Counted from the first letter of the stretch, positions 1 to 10,610 are shown. The stretch is 64,000 nucleotides of DNA from an uncultured Gemmatimonadales bacterium (GCA_963793305.1 CAWBZV010000003.1:1440001-1504000), one strand, 5' to 3'. Notes: generated by a model not told the origin, from the sequence alone. Made by a program: numbers and translations.

Positions 1-1
1 G

Positions 2-1554
2 CACCGGAAAGTGCTGCGGTTGTCGCTCTCCGGCGTCGCTCCCGCCACGCTCGTCGATGCCAGTTGGACGATCGAGCTCCGCAAGCCCTACCGCCAAGGC
101 GATTTCTTCGATGCCTGGCGCGTGACGGCGGGGACCACGGTGCTCCGATCGCGCTATATCGTCGATGCACCCAAGAACATGCAGCTGCGGCTCGCTGAGC
201 ATCACCTCGACTTTCCGCGGCGGGATACGATCATCGGCTCCCGGAAGGTCTACCAGTGGACGACGCACGATGTCGCGTGGGTCAGACCCGAGCCGTACGC
301 CCCTCCCGCGGATTCCAACGACCTCGCCATGAACATCAACGTCGCGGCGCCAGGTTCGTGGCGCGACATTGGCCAGTGGTACGCCGGCATGGCCGTCGAT
401 CGGCTGCGCCCGGATCAACGCCTGCGCGACACCGTGCGCGGTGTCGTCGCCGGCGCCGCGACGCTCGCCGACTCCGTGCATGCCGTGCACCAATGGGTGG
501 CGCAGGATATCCGGTACGTCGCCGTTTCCCTGGGTCAGGGCGGTTATCAGCCGCGCTTTCCCGACGAGGTGTTCAGCACGGGATTCGGCGACTGCAAGGA
601 CAAGGCGACGCTGCTCATCGATGCGCTGTCGATTCTCGGTGTCCAGGCGTATCCGGTGTTGATCAACGCCGGCGGCAAGCCCGACTCGACGCTGCCGACG
701 ATTCGCGCGTTCAACCACGTGATCGTCGCCATCAAGCGCGTGACGGGTTACCAATTCGTGGACCCGACCTCGTCATTCTCCCGCTTCGAGACGCTCCCCG
801 GCGGCGACGCGGGGCAGTTCGCGTTGGTGGTCCATACCGACGGCGAGACCGAGCCGGTGACGACCCCGGCCGCTCCGCCGGACTCCAATCGGGTGGTCAG
901 CCATCTCACCGGCATCCTGTCCCCCGATGGAACCTTCTCCGGGCGCATCGAATCCAGAGTGAGTGGCCAGATGGAGCTGCGTGATGCGAGCGGCGCTCCA
1001 GAACCGGCCGGACTCGACGCAGCGCGCGGCGATGATGCGCAACATCGCCGCCAGCATCTTTCCCGACGCGAAGGGCGACAGCCTCGTCATTTTCGACGGG
1101 AAGGATTTCAAGGCGCGACCCGTCACGTCCCTCGTGATCCGCAGCGGGCGCGCGAGCCAGCAATCCGGCGATATCGATATCCTCACGATGCGCGACCGCT
1201 CCCAAGGCTTCGCGCGAATGGCCAATGAAATCGAAGCGCGCGGACCGCGCCATCAACCGATCGAATGCCTCGCGCATCATGGCCGGGGCGTCGCTCGAAG
1301 ACGAAGTCCGTATCACGTTACCCGATGGGTGGCACGCCCGCCTGCCGCCCTCGGTGAACGCGGCCAGCGCGTTCGGCCACTACGAGGCCATCTACCGGCA
1401 GGACGGGCGGGACCTGGTGATGATCCACCGCTCGACTGGCGCCAAGGGGATTTACCCGAAGGAGCGCGTCGGCGACCTCGTGTCCTGGCTCCGCGAATGC
1501 GCGAAAGACCGCGTCCCCTTCATCGCCCTCGAGCATCAAACGAGCAAAACCTAG
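2..1554 (+). CDS. Transglutaminase-like (DUF3857/DUF3858-type) domain protein, 5'-partial, two +1 frameshifts (~980, ~1264)
   Basis: GDCKDKATLL, FNHVIV and FVDPT give a Cys-His-Asp transglutaminase-like triad. Coding continues across ORFs 11-1228, 963-1763 and 1225-1554 (ITLPDGW...FGHYEAIY tail). Confidence 0.85.
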
Positions 1555-1603
1555 GAGTCGGCCGAGGAGTACTGCCACCGCCGCGCCGAGCACGAGTCGG
1601 CCA

Positions 1604-1834
1604 ATGGTCGACTCGGTTGTCGTTCTGGACAGCACCTCTCGATCGAACCCGCCCCTACCGATCACGATCGACGGTCTGTTCTCCCAGGCCCGTGCGATAC
1701 TGGCGGACACGGGCTACTCGCTCAGGGTTGTGTTTGATACCAGCAGCTCGTACCCGACGGTGATAGCGGCTGTGATAGGGGTGCCCGACGCCGACTGGAC
1801 CGATTCGGTCAGCGACTTCGTCCCGCTACGGTGA
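1604..1834 (+). CDS. Small hypothetical protein or remnant resembling the C-terminal half of DUF6174-like proteins
   Basis: TIDGLF...LRVVFDTSSSYPTVI...DADWTDSVSDF resembles my recollection of that family. No signal peptide or N-terminal half is seen. Confidence 0.4.
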   Translation: MVDSVVVLDSTSRSNPPLPITIDGLFSQARAILADTGYSLRVVFDTSSSYPTVIAAVIGVPDADWTDSVSDFVPLR

Positions 1835-2389
1835 AAGCCGTTCCTGCCGCCAGGCATCGCCGTCGCGTACGTACCGAATCCGATCATGCAGCCGATCCGG
1901 CCGCCCCTGCCAGAACTCGATCGCGCTGGGCGTGACGCGATAGCCGCCCCAGTACGACGGCAACGGGACTTTGCCGTCGGCGTACCGCGCACTCAGCTCG
2001 TGGTGCCGCTGCTCCAGTGACTCACGGCTGTCGACGGGCTGCGATTGGTGCGAGACCAATGCGCTGATGCGGCTGCCGAACGGGCGCGAGTCGAAGTACT
2101 CCTGAGACTCCAGGCGATCCACGCGCGCCGCGCGGCCCTCGATGCGAACTTGGCGCTCCAGCGCCGGCCAGTGGAAAACCAGCGCGACTCTGGGGTTCTC
2201 CTCAATCTCGCCGCCCTTGCGGCTACGATAGTCCGTGTAGAACACGAATCCCTGATCGTCGACGCCCTTGAGCAGGACGATGCGCGCCGACGGCGCGCCG
2301 TCCGGCGTCGTCGTCGCCAACGTCATGGCGTTCTCGCCCTGGGCATCGGCGAACCAGCGCTCGAACTGCCGAATCGGGTCAGCGTCCAT
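1826..2389 (-). CDS. pdxH: Pyridoxine/pyridoxamine 5'-phosphate oxidase
   Basis: AMTLAT, PSARIVLLK, RQVRIEG, YFDSRP, EFWQGRPDRLHDR, ERLSP. ATG at 2389 directly follows the bioB stop. Confidence 0.96.
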   Translation of the reverse strand: MDADPIRQFERWFADAQGENAMTLATTTPDGAPSARIVLLKGVDDQGFVFYTDYRSRKGGEIEENPRVALVFHWPALERQVRIEGRAARVDRLESQEYFDSRPFGSRISALVSHQSQPVDSRESLEQRHHELSARYADGKVPLPSYWGGYRVTPSAIEFWQGRPDRLHDRIRYVRDGDAWRQERLSP

Positions 2390-2390
2390 A

Positions 2391-3437
2391 TCACACCGAG
2401 GGCATAGCGAGGGGGGCTCGCGGATATTCGACTTCGACGCGCTCGGGAACGTCGAACGGCTCCCCATCCGGTGTCTCGAGCACGAATCCGGCATCGCGGA
2501 TCATGGCATAGTCCGCGCTCGCCGGTTGTCCGCGCGAGGTGAGATAGTCGCCGATAAATATCGAGTTGGCGGGATACAATCCGAGCGGCTGCAACGATCT
2601 CAAATGCGCCTCTCTCCCACCAGCAATGCGAATCTCCTGTGAGGGCAGCAGGAATCGATAGAGCGCCAACACCCGCAGACACCGTCGCGGATCGAGCAGC
2701 CGGCGCTCCGCAAATGGCGTCCCATCCAATGGCAACAAAAAGTTCACCGGGACGCTCCGGACATCGAGCTCGCGCAAACTCATCGCCAGATCAATCACGT
2801 CATCGTCCGACTCACCCATTCCGATGATGCCACCCGAGCACGTTTTGATGCCGGCGGCCTTGACATGCTCGACGGTCGCCACGCGATCATCGAACGTATG
2901 CGTCGTGCACACCTCGCCATGAAAATTGGCCGAGGTATTGAGATTGTGATTGACGGTTTCGACGCCCGCGTCCTTGAGCCGCAGTGTTTGCTCGGTGCTC
3001 AGTAACCCGAGACACGCGCAGACTTTGAGATCGTACTGGGACCGAATCTCGCGAACCGCATCGAGCACCTTGCCGAACACCCGTTCGCCGGGCGAGCGAC
3101 CGGAGATGACGAGACAGAATGTCCCGGCCTTGAGCGCGGCCGCGCGGCCGGCAGCCGCCAGGATCTTGTCGCGGGCGAGCATCGGATACTTCTCGATCTC
3201 GCTCGTCGACACGCTCGACTGCGTGCAGTAATGGCAATCTTCGGGGCACAGACCGCTCTGGGCGTTCAGCAGAAAATGCAGGCGGACGCGATTGCCCCAG
3301 TAGTGCCGCCGCACGCGATAGGCCGCGGCGAGCACAGGCAGCAGGTCATCGTCTGGCGACGACAGGACCTGGTGCGACTCGCCACGCGACAAGCTCGTCC
3401 CCGCGAGCGCACGGTCCGCAAAAGTCTCGTAGATCAT
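2391..3437 (-). CDS. bioB: Biotin synthase (radical SAM)
   Basis: [40 protein letters not shown]; bio cluster context. Confidence 0.97.
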   Translation of the reverse strand: MIYETFADRALAGTSLSRGESHQVLSSPDDDLLPVLAAAYRVRRHYWGNRVRLHFLLNAQSGLCPEDCHYCTQSSVSTSEIEKYPMLARDKILAAAGRAAALKAGTFCLVISGRSPGERVFGKVLDAVREIRSQYDLKVCACLGLLSTEQTLRLKDAGVETVNHNLNTSANFHGEVCTTHTFDDRVATVEHVKAAGIKTCSGGIIGMGESDDDVIDLAMSLRELDVRSVPVNFLLPLDGTPFAERRLLDPRRCLRVLALYRFLLPSQEIRIAGGREAHLRSLQPLGLYPANSIFIGDYLTSRGQPASADYAMIRDAGFVLETPDGEPFDVPERVEVEYPRAPLAMPSV

Positions 3438-4075
3438 AGCAACGGCGCGAGCGAGCCGCCGCCTCCGTGATAGGGAAACGAAAGCACGGTGGCTTCCGGC
3501 ACCAGTCGGCGCAAGGTGTCAAAATTGGTCTGCTCGGCGATCGTCGCCTCCCCGGGACACAGGGTGTTCAGCACGACCGCCCGCACGCGCAGTCCAGCGG
3601 CGTGCGCCGCGCGGAGCGTGAGCAACGTGTGATTGACGGCGCCGAGGCGGTTCGCCGCGACGATAATGCAATCGAGATTCCAGCGGCGGAACAGCGTGTC
3701 GTACGCCACGCCATCAGTGATCGGCACCAGCAGTCCGCCGGCGCCTTCGACGATGAGCGCGTCCCGTCCGGATTCGAGTCGCGTGCGCGCCGCTTCCAGC
3801 GCCGAGATCGCAATCGGGCGACCCGCGCGACGGGCGGCGACCCACGGCGCGAGCGGCTCGTCGAACCGCTCGGGACAGACGTCGTCCAGCGAATCCTGAC
3901 CGCCGGCCGCTTCGCATAGCCGACGCGCATCGGCGGGCTCGCCCTCGACGCCCGTCTCGACCGGCTTCATGGCCGCGACCGATAGCCCACGATCGCGGAG
4001 CGCCGAGATGAGCGCGCAGGCGACGACCGTCTTCCCGACGCCCGTGTCCGTTCCGGTAATCCCGTAGCGAATCAC
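3434..4075 (-). CDS. bioD: Dethiobiotin synthetase
   Basis: [41 protein letters not shown] start overlaps the bioA stop (GTGA). Confidence 0.96.
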   Translation of the reverse strand: MIRYGITGTDTGVGKTVVACALISALRDRGLSVAAMKPVETGVEGEPADARRLCEAAGGQDSLDDVCPERFDEPLAPWVAARRAGRPIAISALEAARTRLESGRDALIVEGAGGLLVPITDGVAYDTLFRRWNLDCIIVAANRLGAVNHTLLTLRAAHAAGLRVRAVVLNTLCPGEATIAEQTNFDTLRRLVPEATVLSFPYHGGGGSLAPLL

Positions 4076-5289
4076 CCGTGGGCGTCCAAAAATTCTGTGA
4101 TCACACCGTAAATCTGATCGAGTTGTGCGTCCGTCGTGCAGTAGGGAGGCAGAACGTAGACCACATCGCCGAGGGGGCGGAGGAGGACGCCGCGTTCGAG
4201 CGCGAAGCGTGACAGGTCCGTGCCGACGGGGTCCAAGTAGCCCGCACTGCCCAGATTGAACGCCGCGACGGTACCGAGAACACGTGGCGCCGTGACGCAT
4301 GGATGCGCGGCGATCGTCGCCAGGTGCGAGCGATGGGCGCGCTCGATCGCCGCTCGGCGAGCGGCTGACGCATCGTTGAGTAGAGCCAGGCTCGCCTGGG
4401 CTGCCGCACAGGCGATGGGGTTTGCGGTGAAGCTATGGCCGTGCCACAGCGTATGGCGCCGATCGGTGCTCAGAAACGCCTCGAAAATCTCCTCTCGCGC
4501 CGCCGTCGCGCCGAGGGGAAGAAAGCCGCCAGTCAGGCCTTTCGACAAACAAATAATGTCCGGGACGATGCCCGCTCGCTCGCACGCGAACAGTGGCCCC
4601 GTTCGCCCGAACCCGGTGAGGACCTCGTCGGCAATCAGGAGCACCCCTTTCTCGGCCGTCTGATCGCGAATTTCGCGCAGTGTCGCTTCGCTCCACATGC
4701 GCATCCCGCCCGCGCCTTGCAGCAGTGGTTCGACGATGACTGCGGCCAGCTGGTCTGTGATGGGGTGCTCGGGTAGCCGAACCACCTCGAAGAGCTGCGC
4801 GCCGAATGGCTCGGTGAAGAGCCCGCGCGCACTTGCCGACATCGCCCCGAACGTGTCGCCGTGATACGCATGATCCAGCGCCGCGATCCGCGCTCGCGGT
4901 TGCCCGCGATTCTGCCAGTACTGGAGCGCGATCTTGATCGCGACTTCGACCGCGGTCGAGCCATTGTCCGAGAAGAACACCCGCTTGAGCCCCCGCGGCA
5001 ATTTCTCGGCGAGCGACGCCGCCAAGGCGGCTGCCGGCTCGTGAGTGAACCCCGCGAAGATGACCTGCTCGAGGACCTTCGCCTGCCGCCCGATGGCTTC
5101 GGCGATCTCGGGCTGCGCATGGCCATGCAGTGTTACCCACCACGACGAGATCGCGTCGATGATCTCCCGGCCGTCAACGTCGATGAGCACGGCCCCTTCG
5201 GCGCGAGCAATGGGGATCGGCGCCGGCGCGATCGCGTGCTGGGTATATGGGTGCCACACATGGCGCCGGTCCAGCTCGTTCAGGTTCAC
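4072..5289 (-). CDS. bioA: Adenosylmethionine-8-amino-7-oxononanoate aminotransferase
   Basis: VWHPYTQ, SSWWVTLHGH, YHGDTFGAMS, ADEVLTGFGRTG, LSKGLTGG. Confidence 0.96.
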   Translation of the reverse strand: MNLNELDRRHVWHPYTQHAIAPAPIPIARAEGAVLIDVDGREIIDAISSWWVTLHGHAQPEIAEAIGRQAKVLEQVIFAGFTHEPAAALAASLAEKLPRGLKRVFFSDNGSTAVEVAIKIALQYWQNRGQPRARIAALDHAYHGDTFGAMSASARGLFTEPFGAQLFEVVRLPEHPITDQLAAVIVEPLLQGAGGMRMWSEATLREIRDQTAEKGVLLIADEVLTGFGRTGPLFACERAGIVPDIICLSKGLTGGFLPLGATAAREEIFEAFLSTDRRHTLWHGHSFTANPIACAAAQASLALLNDASAARRAAIERAHRSHLATIAAHPCVTAPRVLGTVAAFNLGSAGYLDPVGTDLSRFALERGVLLRPLGDVVYVLPPYCTTDAQLDQIYGVITEFLDAHG

Positions 5290-6464
5290 GATCTTCCCAA
5301 TACCTCCGCCAGCGTGCGCAGTAGCCGCTCAATGTCGTCGTCCGTATGAGCGGCACTCAGGGTAATCCGCAGTCGCGATGTTCCCAGCGGCACCGTCGGT
5401 GGCCTGACCGCTCCCACGAGAATCCCCCGTTCGCGCAACTCGGCGCCGACTCTCATCGTCGCGTCACTCTCCCCGAGCACCACCGGCACAATGTGCCCCT
5501 CCGGTGGCCCCGGAACGCGCAGCGCCGCGCGGACTCTCTGTGCGTTGCGCCGAAGGCGCGCGCGTAATTCGGGCTCCGACTGAACCACGTGGAGCGCAGC
5601 CAAGGCCGCCGCGGCGAGCGCGGGAGGTTGAGCAGTCGTAAACACAAACGCGCGGGCGCGGTTGAGCAAGTAATCGATGAGCACCCGGGAGCCGGTGACA
5701 TACGCTCCGGCGACACCGAAGGCCTTGCCGAGCGTTCCCATGATGACATCGATCTGACCTTCGATCCTCCAGTGCTCCGCTGATCCGCGGCCGTTCTCGC
5801 CGAGGACCCCGGTGCCGTGGGCATCATCGACGTATGTCCACGCGTCGTATGCTTGCGCGATGTTGGTCAACTCGCAGAGCGGGAAGAGATCCCCGTCCAT
5901 GGAGAACACGCCGTCGACGACAATGAGCCGCCGTCGAAATCGCCCGCGATCGGCATCGAGCATGTCCGCGAGTCCCGCCAGATCCAAATGCGGGAACGTC
6001 CGGACCTCCGCGCGCGACAGCCGACACGCATCAATCAGAGACGCGTGATTCAATGCATCCGCATAAATGACATCGCGCCGCCCTGCCAACGCCGGGATGG
6101 TGCCGACGTTCGCCAGGTAGCCACTACCGAACAAGAGCGCCGCTTCGGCCCTCTTGAAGTCGGCAAGCTCCCGCTCCAGTGCCTCATGCAACGGATGATC
6201 GCCGGAGATGAGCCGGGCTGCTCCAGCACCGAGTGCGTTCTCGCGCAGCGCATCGGTCACCGCCGTCGCCAGGCGAGGATCAGAGGCGAGCCCCAGATAG
6301 TCGTTGGACGAGAAGTCAATGGCGTCTCGCCCATCGATGACAACGTGCGCGCCATGGCGGCGCACCAGGGGCCGGAGCACACGCCGGAGTCCCGCGCGAT
6401 CGAGCGTCGCGAGATCCGCGGCTAACGCCGAGTCCAGCGATGAAGCGGCGGTGCTTGCGGTCAC
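5286..6464 (-). CDS. bioF: 8-amino-7-oxononanoate synthase
   Basis: FSSNDYLGL, NHASLIDA, FSMDGD, DDAHG, GTLGKAFG, RPPTVP. GTG at 6464 overlaps the kinase stop. Confidence 0.95.
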   Translation of the reverse strand: MTASTAASSLDSALAADLATLDRAGLRRVLRPLVRRHGAHVVIDGRDAIDFSSNDYLGLASDPRLATAVTDALRENALGAGAARLISGDHPLHEALERELADFKRAEAALLFGSGYLANVGTIPALAGRRDVIYADALNHASLIDACRLSRAEVRTFPHLDLAGLADMLDADRGRFRRRLIVVDGVFSMDGDLFPLCELTNIAQAYDAWTYVDDAHGTGVLGENGRGSAEHWRIEGQIDVIMGTLGKAFGVAGAYVTGSRVLIDYLLNRARAFVFTTAQPPALAAAALAALHVVQSEPELRARLRRNAQRVRAALRVPGPPEGHIVPVVLGESDATMRVGAELRERGILVGAVRPPTVPLGTSRLRITLSAAHTDDDIERLLRTLAEVLGRS

Positions 6465-7576
6465 GAGCCGGACGCGACGGCCGGTAGCGGCTCCCCGGCC
6501 GGCAGCTTCACCACGAATCGGGTGCCTTGCCCGATGAGCGTCTCGACATCGATCGTGCCACCGTACGCGGTGACGATGCCATGGACGACCGAGAGCCCGA
6601 GCCCGGATCCTCCTTGGCGGTCCGTGGACGTCGTCCAGAACGGATCCCAAATCCGCGATCGGTGATCGGCGCGGATGCCCGGCCCATTGTCCCAGACCTC
6701 GATGACCACCCATCCGTCCGTCTCGCGCGTCCGGATGCCGAGCGCGTGATGCAGCCCATCCTCGCGTTTCCACGTCTCCAGGGCCTGGCTCGCGTTCAAC
6801 ACCAGGTTCACGACCACCTGCTCGATTTGCGACACCTGCGCGCGCACGGTCGAGAGCTCGGGCGCCAGGTCGAGCGCGCTCTGGATCTGCTTCGCCTCCA
6901 ACTGAGGCTGGACCGAATCCATCGCGTACCGGGCCACGGCGTTGACGTCGACCGGCACGGCCCGCTCGGCCTCCGGGCGCCGGGCGAAGTCGAGGAGGCT
7001 CTTGACGATCTTCGCGGCGCGCACCGACTCGCGGTGGATAGTCGTGAGCGCCTGACGATCCTCGGGGGCGAGGCCTTTCGCCTTGACGACGATCTGCGCG
7101 AACCCGCCGATCGCGGCCAGTGGATTGTTGAGCTCGTGCGCGACGCCCACCAGCATCTTGCCGAGACTCGCCATGCGCTCGTTGCGGCGCACGATCTCGT
7201 CGCGCCGTCGCTGCTCGGTCAGGTCCTCGACGAGGCCATCCAGCCAGCAGATCGTCCCGTCGTCATCGCGCGCCGGATCGACCGCGACGCGCACCGTGAT
7301 CGGCACGCCACTTTTCCTGCGCCACGGCAACTCGAGCCAGCCCAGCGATCGTCCCTTCCGGATATCATCGATCAGTGTGTCCCGATGCTCGGCTTCGCGA
7401 TAGATATCCTGCGCCGCATCGGCTGCCAGCAGCTCCTCCGGCGTGTCGTAGCCGAGCATATCGACGAGCGCCTGGTTGACCTCGACAAAGCGACCGTCGA
7501 GCGTGGAGCGGAACACGCCGAACGCGCTTTTGTCGATCAGTCGGTGATAGCGGTCGTCAGGTACCGGCGGCCGCAT
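6461..7576 (-). CDS. Cytoplasmic PAS-domain sensor histidine kinase (NtrB-like)
   Basis: PAS region, H-box VAHELNNPL, N-box NLVLNA, DNGPGI, DPFWTT, GSGLGL; no TM segment. Start may be 7576 or 7606. Confidence 0.92.
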   Translation of the reverse strand: MRPPVPDDRYHRLIDKSAFGVFRSTLDGRFVEVNQALVDMLGYDTPEELLAADAAQDIYREAEHRDTLIDDIRKGRSLGWLELPWRRKSGVPITVRVAVDPARDDDGTICWLDGLVEDLTEQRRRDEIVRRNERMASLGKMLVGVAHELNNPLAAIGGFAQIVVKAKGLAPEDRQALTTIHRESVRAAKIVKSLLDFARRPEAERAVPVDVNAVARYAMDSVQPQLEAKQIQSALDLAPELSTVRAQVSQIEQVVVNLVLNASQALETWKREDGLHHALGIRTRETDGWVVIEVWDNGPGIRADHRSRIWDPFWTTSTDRQGGSGLGLSVVHGIVTAYGGTIDVETLIGQGTRFVVKLPAGEPLPAVASGS

Positions 7577-8633
7577 GGTCCAATACGCGATAGCGATACG
7601 GGACATCGCCTGACGTGATATCGATCAGGTGATGCTGGGGGCTCTTGACGCACACAGGGTCCGCGTTACGGGCATCACCCGTGAGCTGGAACGCCTGACA
7701 GCGGCAACCGCCGAAGTCGAGATGCTTCCGCTCGCAGCTCCGGCAAGGCTCGCGCATCCACTCGTCTCCCCTGAATGCGCGGAATGCCTCTGACTCCTCC
7801 CAAATCCAGCCCAATGGCTTCTCCCTGACCGTATCAAAAGCCAACGACTCGATCTGCCATGCCGCTTGGCAGGGAAGGACGCGCCCATCGGGAGCGACAA
7901 CGATATACACGTTGCCCCATCCGCCCATGCACGGTTTGGGATACTGCTGATAGTAGTCGGGCAAGACATACACAATTTGCATGCGCCCGCGATACGTGCG
8001 CACCGCGGCATCGACGATCGGCTCGGCCGCATCCAGCTGCTCCTTCGTCGGGATCAGCGCTGCCCGATTCTCGTAGGCCCAGCCGTAGTATTGCGTGTTC
8101 GCCAACTCCAACCGGTCCGCGCCGAGCGAGGCCGCGAGCTCGATGATCTCACCGATATGATCGAGATTCGCGCGGTGGAGCACGACGTTCACGGTGAACG
8201 CAAAGCCGAGGTCTTTGACAAGAGCCGCCGCCGAACGCTTCTTGTCGACCGACTTGATGCCCGCGATATGCTCGGCCACTCCGGGATCCGAATCCTGAAA
8301 CGAGATCTGCACGTGCTCGAGGCCAGCGTCGCGTAGTCTTCTTGCCCTCGGCGGGGTCAGCCCAAGGCCCAACGTCACGAGCGTCGAATAGAGCCCAACG
8401 CCGTGCGCGTGCTCGACAATCTCTTCGAGATCTTTGCGCAGCATCGGCTCGCCACCTGAGAGCCCGAGCTGCAATACGCCAAGTGCCCGTGCCTCCGACA
8501 GCACGCGCTTCCAATCGTCCGTCGAGAGCTCAGCGGCCGCGCGTGCGAGATCCACGGGGTTCGAGCAATACGGACAGTGGAGCGGGCAGCGATACGTCAG
8601 CTCCGCTAGTAGCGTCGTTGGCGGCTTAGGCAT
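7557..8633 (-). CDS. pqqE: PQQ biosynthesis radical SAM/SPASM peptide cyclase
   Basis: LLAELTYRCPLHCPYCSNP, ELANTQYYGWA, PKPCMGGWG, CRSC...DFGGCRCQA. Confidence 0.96.
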   Translation of the reverse strand: MPKPPTTLLAELTYRCPLHCPYCSNPVDLARAAAELSTDDWKRVLSEARALGVLQLGLSGGEPMLRKDLEEIVEHAHGVGLYSTLVTLGLGLTPPRARRLRDAGLEHVQISFQDSDPGVAEHIAGIKSVDKKRSAAALVKDLGFAFTVNVVLHRANLDHIGEIIELAASLGADRLELANTQYYGWAYENRAALIPTKEQLDAAEPIVDAAVRTYRGRMQIVYVLPDYYQQYPKPCMGGWGNVYIVVAPDGRVLPCQAAWQIESLAFDTVREKPLGWIWEESEAFRAFRGDEWMREPCRSCERKHLDFGGCRCQAFQLTGDARNADPVCVKSPQHHLIDITSGDVPYRYRVLDHAAAGT

Positions 8634-8886
8634 CGACCACCAACTCCCGTTCAACCAGCGCCGATAAATAGTCAGTCACGTCCTTGGTGACATCCGCGCC
8701 GTACTTCGCGCTCAACACCGCCGCGATCTCGTCGACGGTTCTCTGCCCATCGCACAGCGACAGGATCTCCGCGCCGGTCTCATTGAGGAGCATGGCGCCC
8801 TCCGGATACAGCAAGACCGGGCGCTGTCGCACGGGATCGTAGTCGACCCTGGCCAATCGCCACAATCTCGGCTTCACTTCGTTCAC
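8626..8886 (-). CDS. pqqD: PQQ biosynthesis peptide chaperone (RRE)
   Basis: VLLYPEGAMLLNETGAEILSLCDG; lies between pqqC and pqqE with overlapping start and stop. Confidence 0.93.
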   Translation of the reverse strand: MNEVKPRLWRLARVDYDPVRQRPVLLYPEGAMLLNETGAEILSLCDGQRTVDEIAAVLSAKYGADVTKDVTDYLSALVERELVVDA

Positions 8887-9611
8887 GCGTACGCATGGTG
8901 AATCGTGTCGATCATGACCCACAGCATCTCGATCTTGAACGCCAGCGCATGGAACGCCCGCCGTTGCCATTCGACCGTGGTGCAGTGCTGGGTCACGATG
9001 TCGAGTCCCTGCGCGCTGTCCCGTGGCGCCTGCACCAGGCGGCCGCGAAAGTACTCGAGCCCTGCCTGATCGACCCAAGGATAATGTTTGGGAAACGCCG
9101 CCAACCGCTCGTGCATGAGCGACGGCGCGAAGAGCTCCGTGAGAGAGCTGGCGACGGACTCTACCCAATGGTGCGTCTTGCAGAACGTCACATACGACTC
9201 GGCCGCCATCCGCACGCCCGGCAGCACGTGCCGCTCATCGTCCATCTCGTCGCGGGGCACACCGAGCGCCTCGCCGAGCGTGATCCAGAGCTCAATGCCG
9301 CCCGATCCGGGCGCCGTGCCGTCGTGATCGACAATGCGCTGCATCCACAGGCGGCGAACATCACCGTCGGGGCAATTCGAGATAATCGCCGCGTCTTTGC
9401 GAGGGATCGCTCGCTGATACGCGAGTCGATTCGCAACCCAACCCTGCAGTTGGCGCTTGGAGAGTGTGCCCGACGACATCATCTGGTGGAACGGATGCAC
9501 GCGGTAGTAGGACGTGCTGAACGCTCGCATGGCGTTGCACAGCTCGTCGGGCGCGAGTGGGCGGTCCAGAGATGGGATCGGCGGCGGCGGTGGCGCCGAG
9601 AGGGTCGCCAT
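8883..9611 (-). CDS. pqqC: Pyrroloquinoline-quinone synthase
   Basis: HPFH, WVANR.YQ..IPRKDAAI, RIVDHDG, SSLTELFAP, HYPWV, YFRGRL. Confidence 0.95.
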   Translation of the reverse strand: MATLSAPPPPPIPSLDRPLAPDELCNAMRAFSTSYYRVHPFHQMMSSGTLSKRQLQGWVANRLAYQRAIPRKDAAIISNCPDGDVRRLWMQRIVDHDGTAPGSGGIELWITLGEALGVPRDEMDDERHVLPGVRMAAESYVTFCKTHHWVESVASSLTELFAPSLMHERLAAFPKHYPWVDQAGLEYFRGRLVQAPRDSAQGLDIVTQHCTTVEWQRRAFHALAFKIEMLWVMIDTIHHAYA

Positions 9612-9627
9612 TTCTGAAATATACCCT

Positions 9628-10528
9628 TTAGACCAGGAACTCTGCCCCGTCGGTTCCGACGATCAAGCCTGCATCAATTACGGCGCGTCGTTCAGGGGAA
9701 TCCTCTATCAAGATCGGGTTCGAGTTGTTGATATGCGTGTAGACGCGCCGTGCGGCGGTGATCGCGCTCAGCGCTTCGAGGCTTCCACCGGACCCCGAAA
9801 TCGGCACGTGCCCCATGGCTCGTGCTGTCGACGATGAGAATGCCGAGCGCGATCAGCTCGTCGTCTGTCCAGAATGTCCCGTCGAACAACACGAGATCAG
9901 CACTTTTCACTCGCTTCCTGACGTCGTCATCAATGGCCCCACACCCAGGAGCAAACACGACGCTCTTCTTGGTCGACATCTCACGCAATACGAGTCCCAC
10001 GGTATGCCCCGCACGCGCCTCTCTCGCAAATCTCGGCGGATCACCCGGCACAGAGAACGCCTCAACGGTGAGACCGTTGCCGAGTGGCACCTCCGCATTC
10101 AAGGGGAGTCGTTTGACGGCGACTTCCGCGAACGCGCGAGTCGTCGGCAAGAGACACGAGTCGTGTGTGAGAACGTGCTCGACCGCCTCGGTCGCGTACA
10201 CCGTGAGCTTCCGCGCCTCACGTAGCAGCGCCACGCCTAGCGTATGGTCGAGCTCGGCGTCTGTCAGTATGACGGCCTCGATCGGAACGTGCCGATACGT
10301 GCCTTTGGCCGGCATAACGCCCCGCATCAGCCACCGGAGCTGATCCCTGACGTCCGGCGACGCATTGCACAGATACCACCGCTCGCCGTCAGCACTCACC
10401 GCCATCGATGACTGCGATCGCGGGTGCGCCCGCGCCGGCGTCTCGCGCGCGACCCGGCACGTCGGGCAGAAGCAGTTCCACTGCGGGAACCCCCCGCCTG
10501 CGGCCGTACCCAGCAAAACGACCCTCAT
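9628..10528 (-). CDS. pqqB: PQQ biosynthesis protein B (MBL fold), +1 frameshift at ~9839
   Basis: LGTAAGGGFPQWNC, NASPD, LTDAELDHTLG, FDGTFW. MGHVPISG and HINNSNP are in the next frame; removing one base restores ...GISSSTARAMGH. Confidence 0.93.
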
Positions 10529-10594
10529 ATCGCCGGATAGGTCATATTGCACCCAATACTACTCGCGCGTCCGGGAACCATTTACCCATAAACC

Positions 10595-10603
10595 TGCTAG
10601 CTT
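10595..10603 (+). promoter_or_regulatory. Putative extended -10 (TGcTAGCTT), 7 nt before the ECF sigma ATG; leaderless type
   Basis: TGnTANNNT with leaderless spacing and no SD sequence. Confidence 0.5.
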
Positions 10604-10610
10604 TCGCTGA

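Noticed and set aside
9110..9140. PqqC ELFAPSLM lacking the His seen in Klebsiella PqqC
   Set aside because: To my recollection this position varies among PqqC orthologues; not evidence of a new function.
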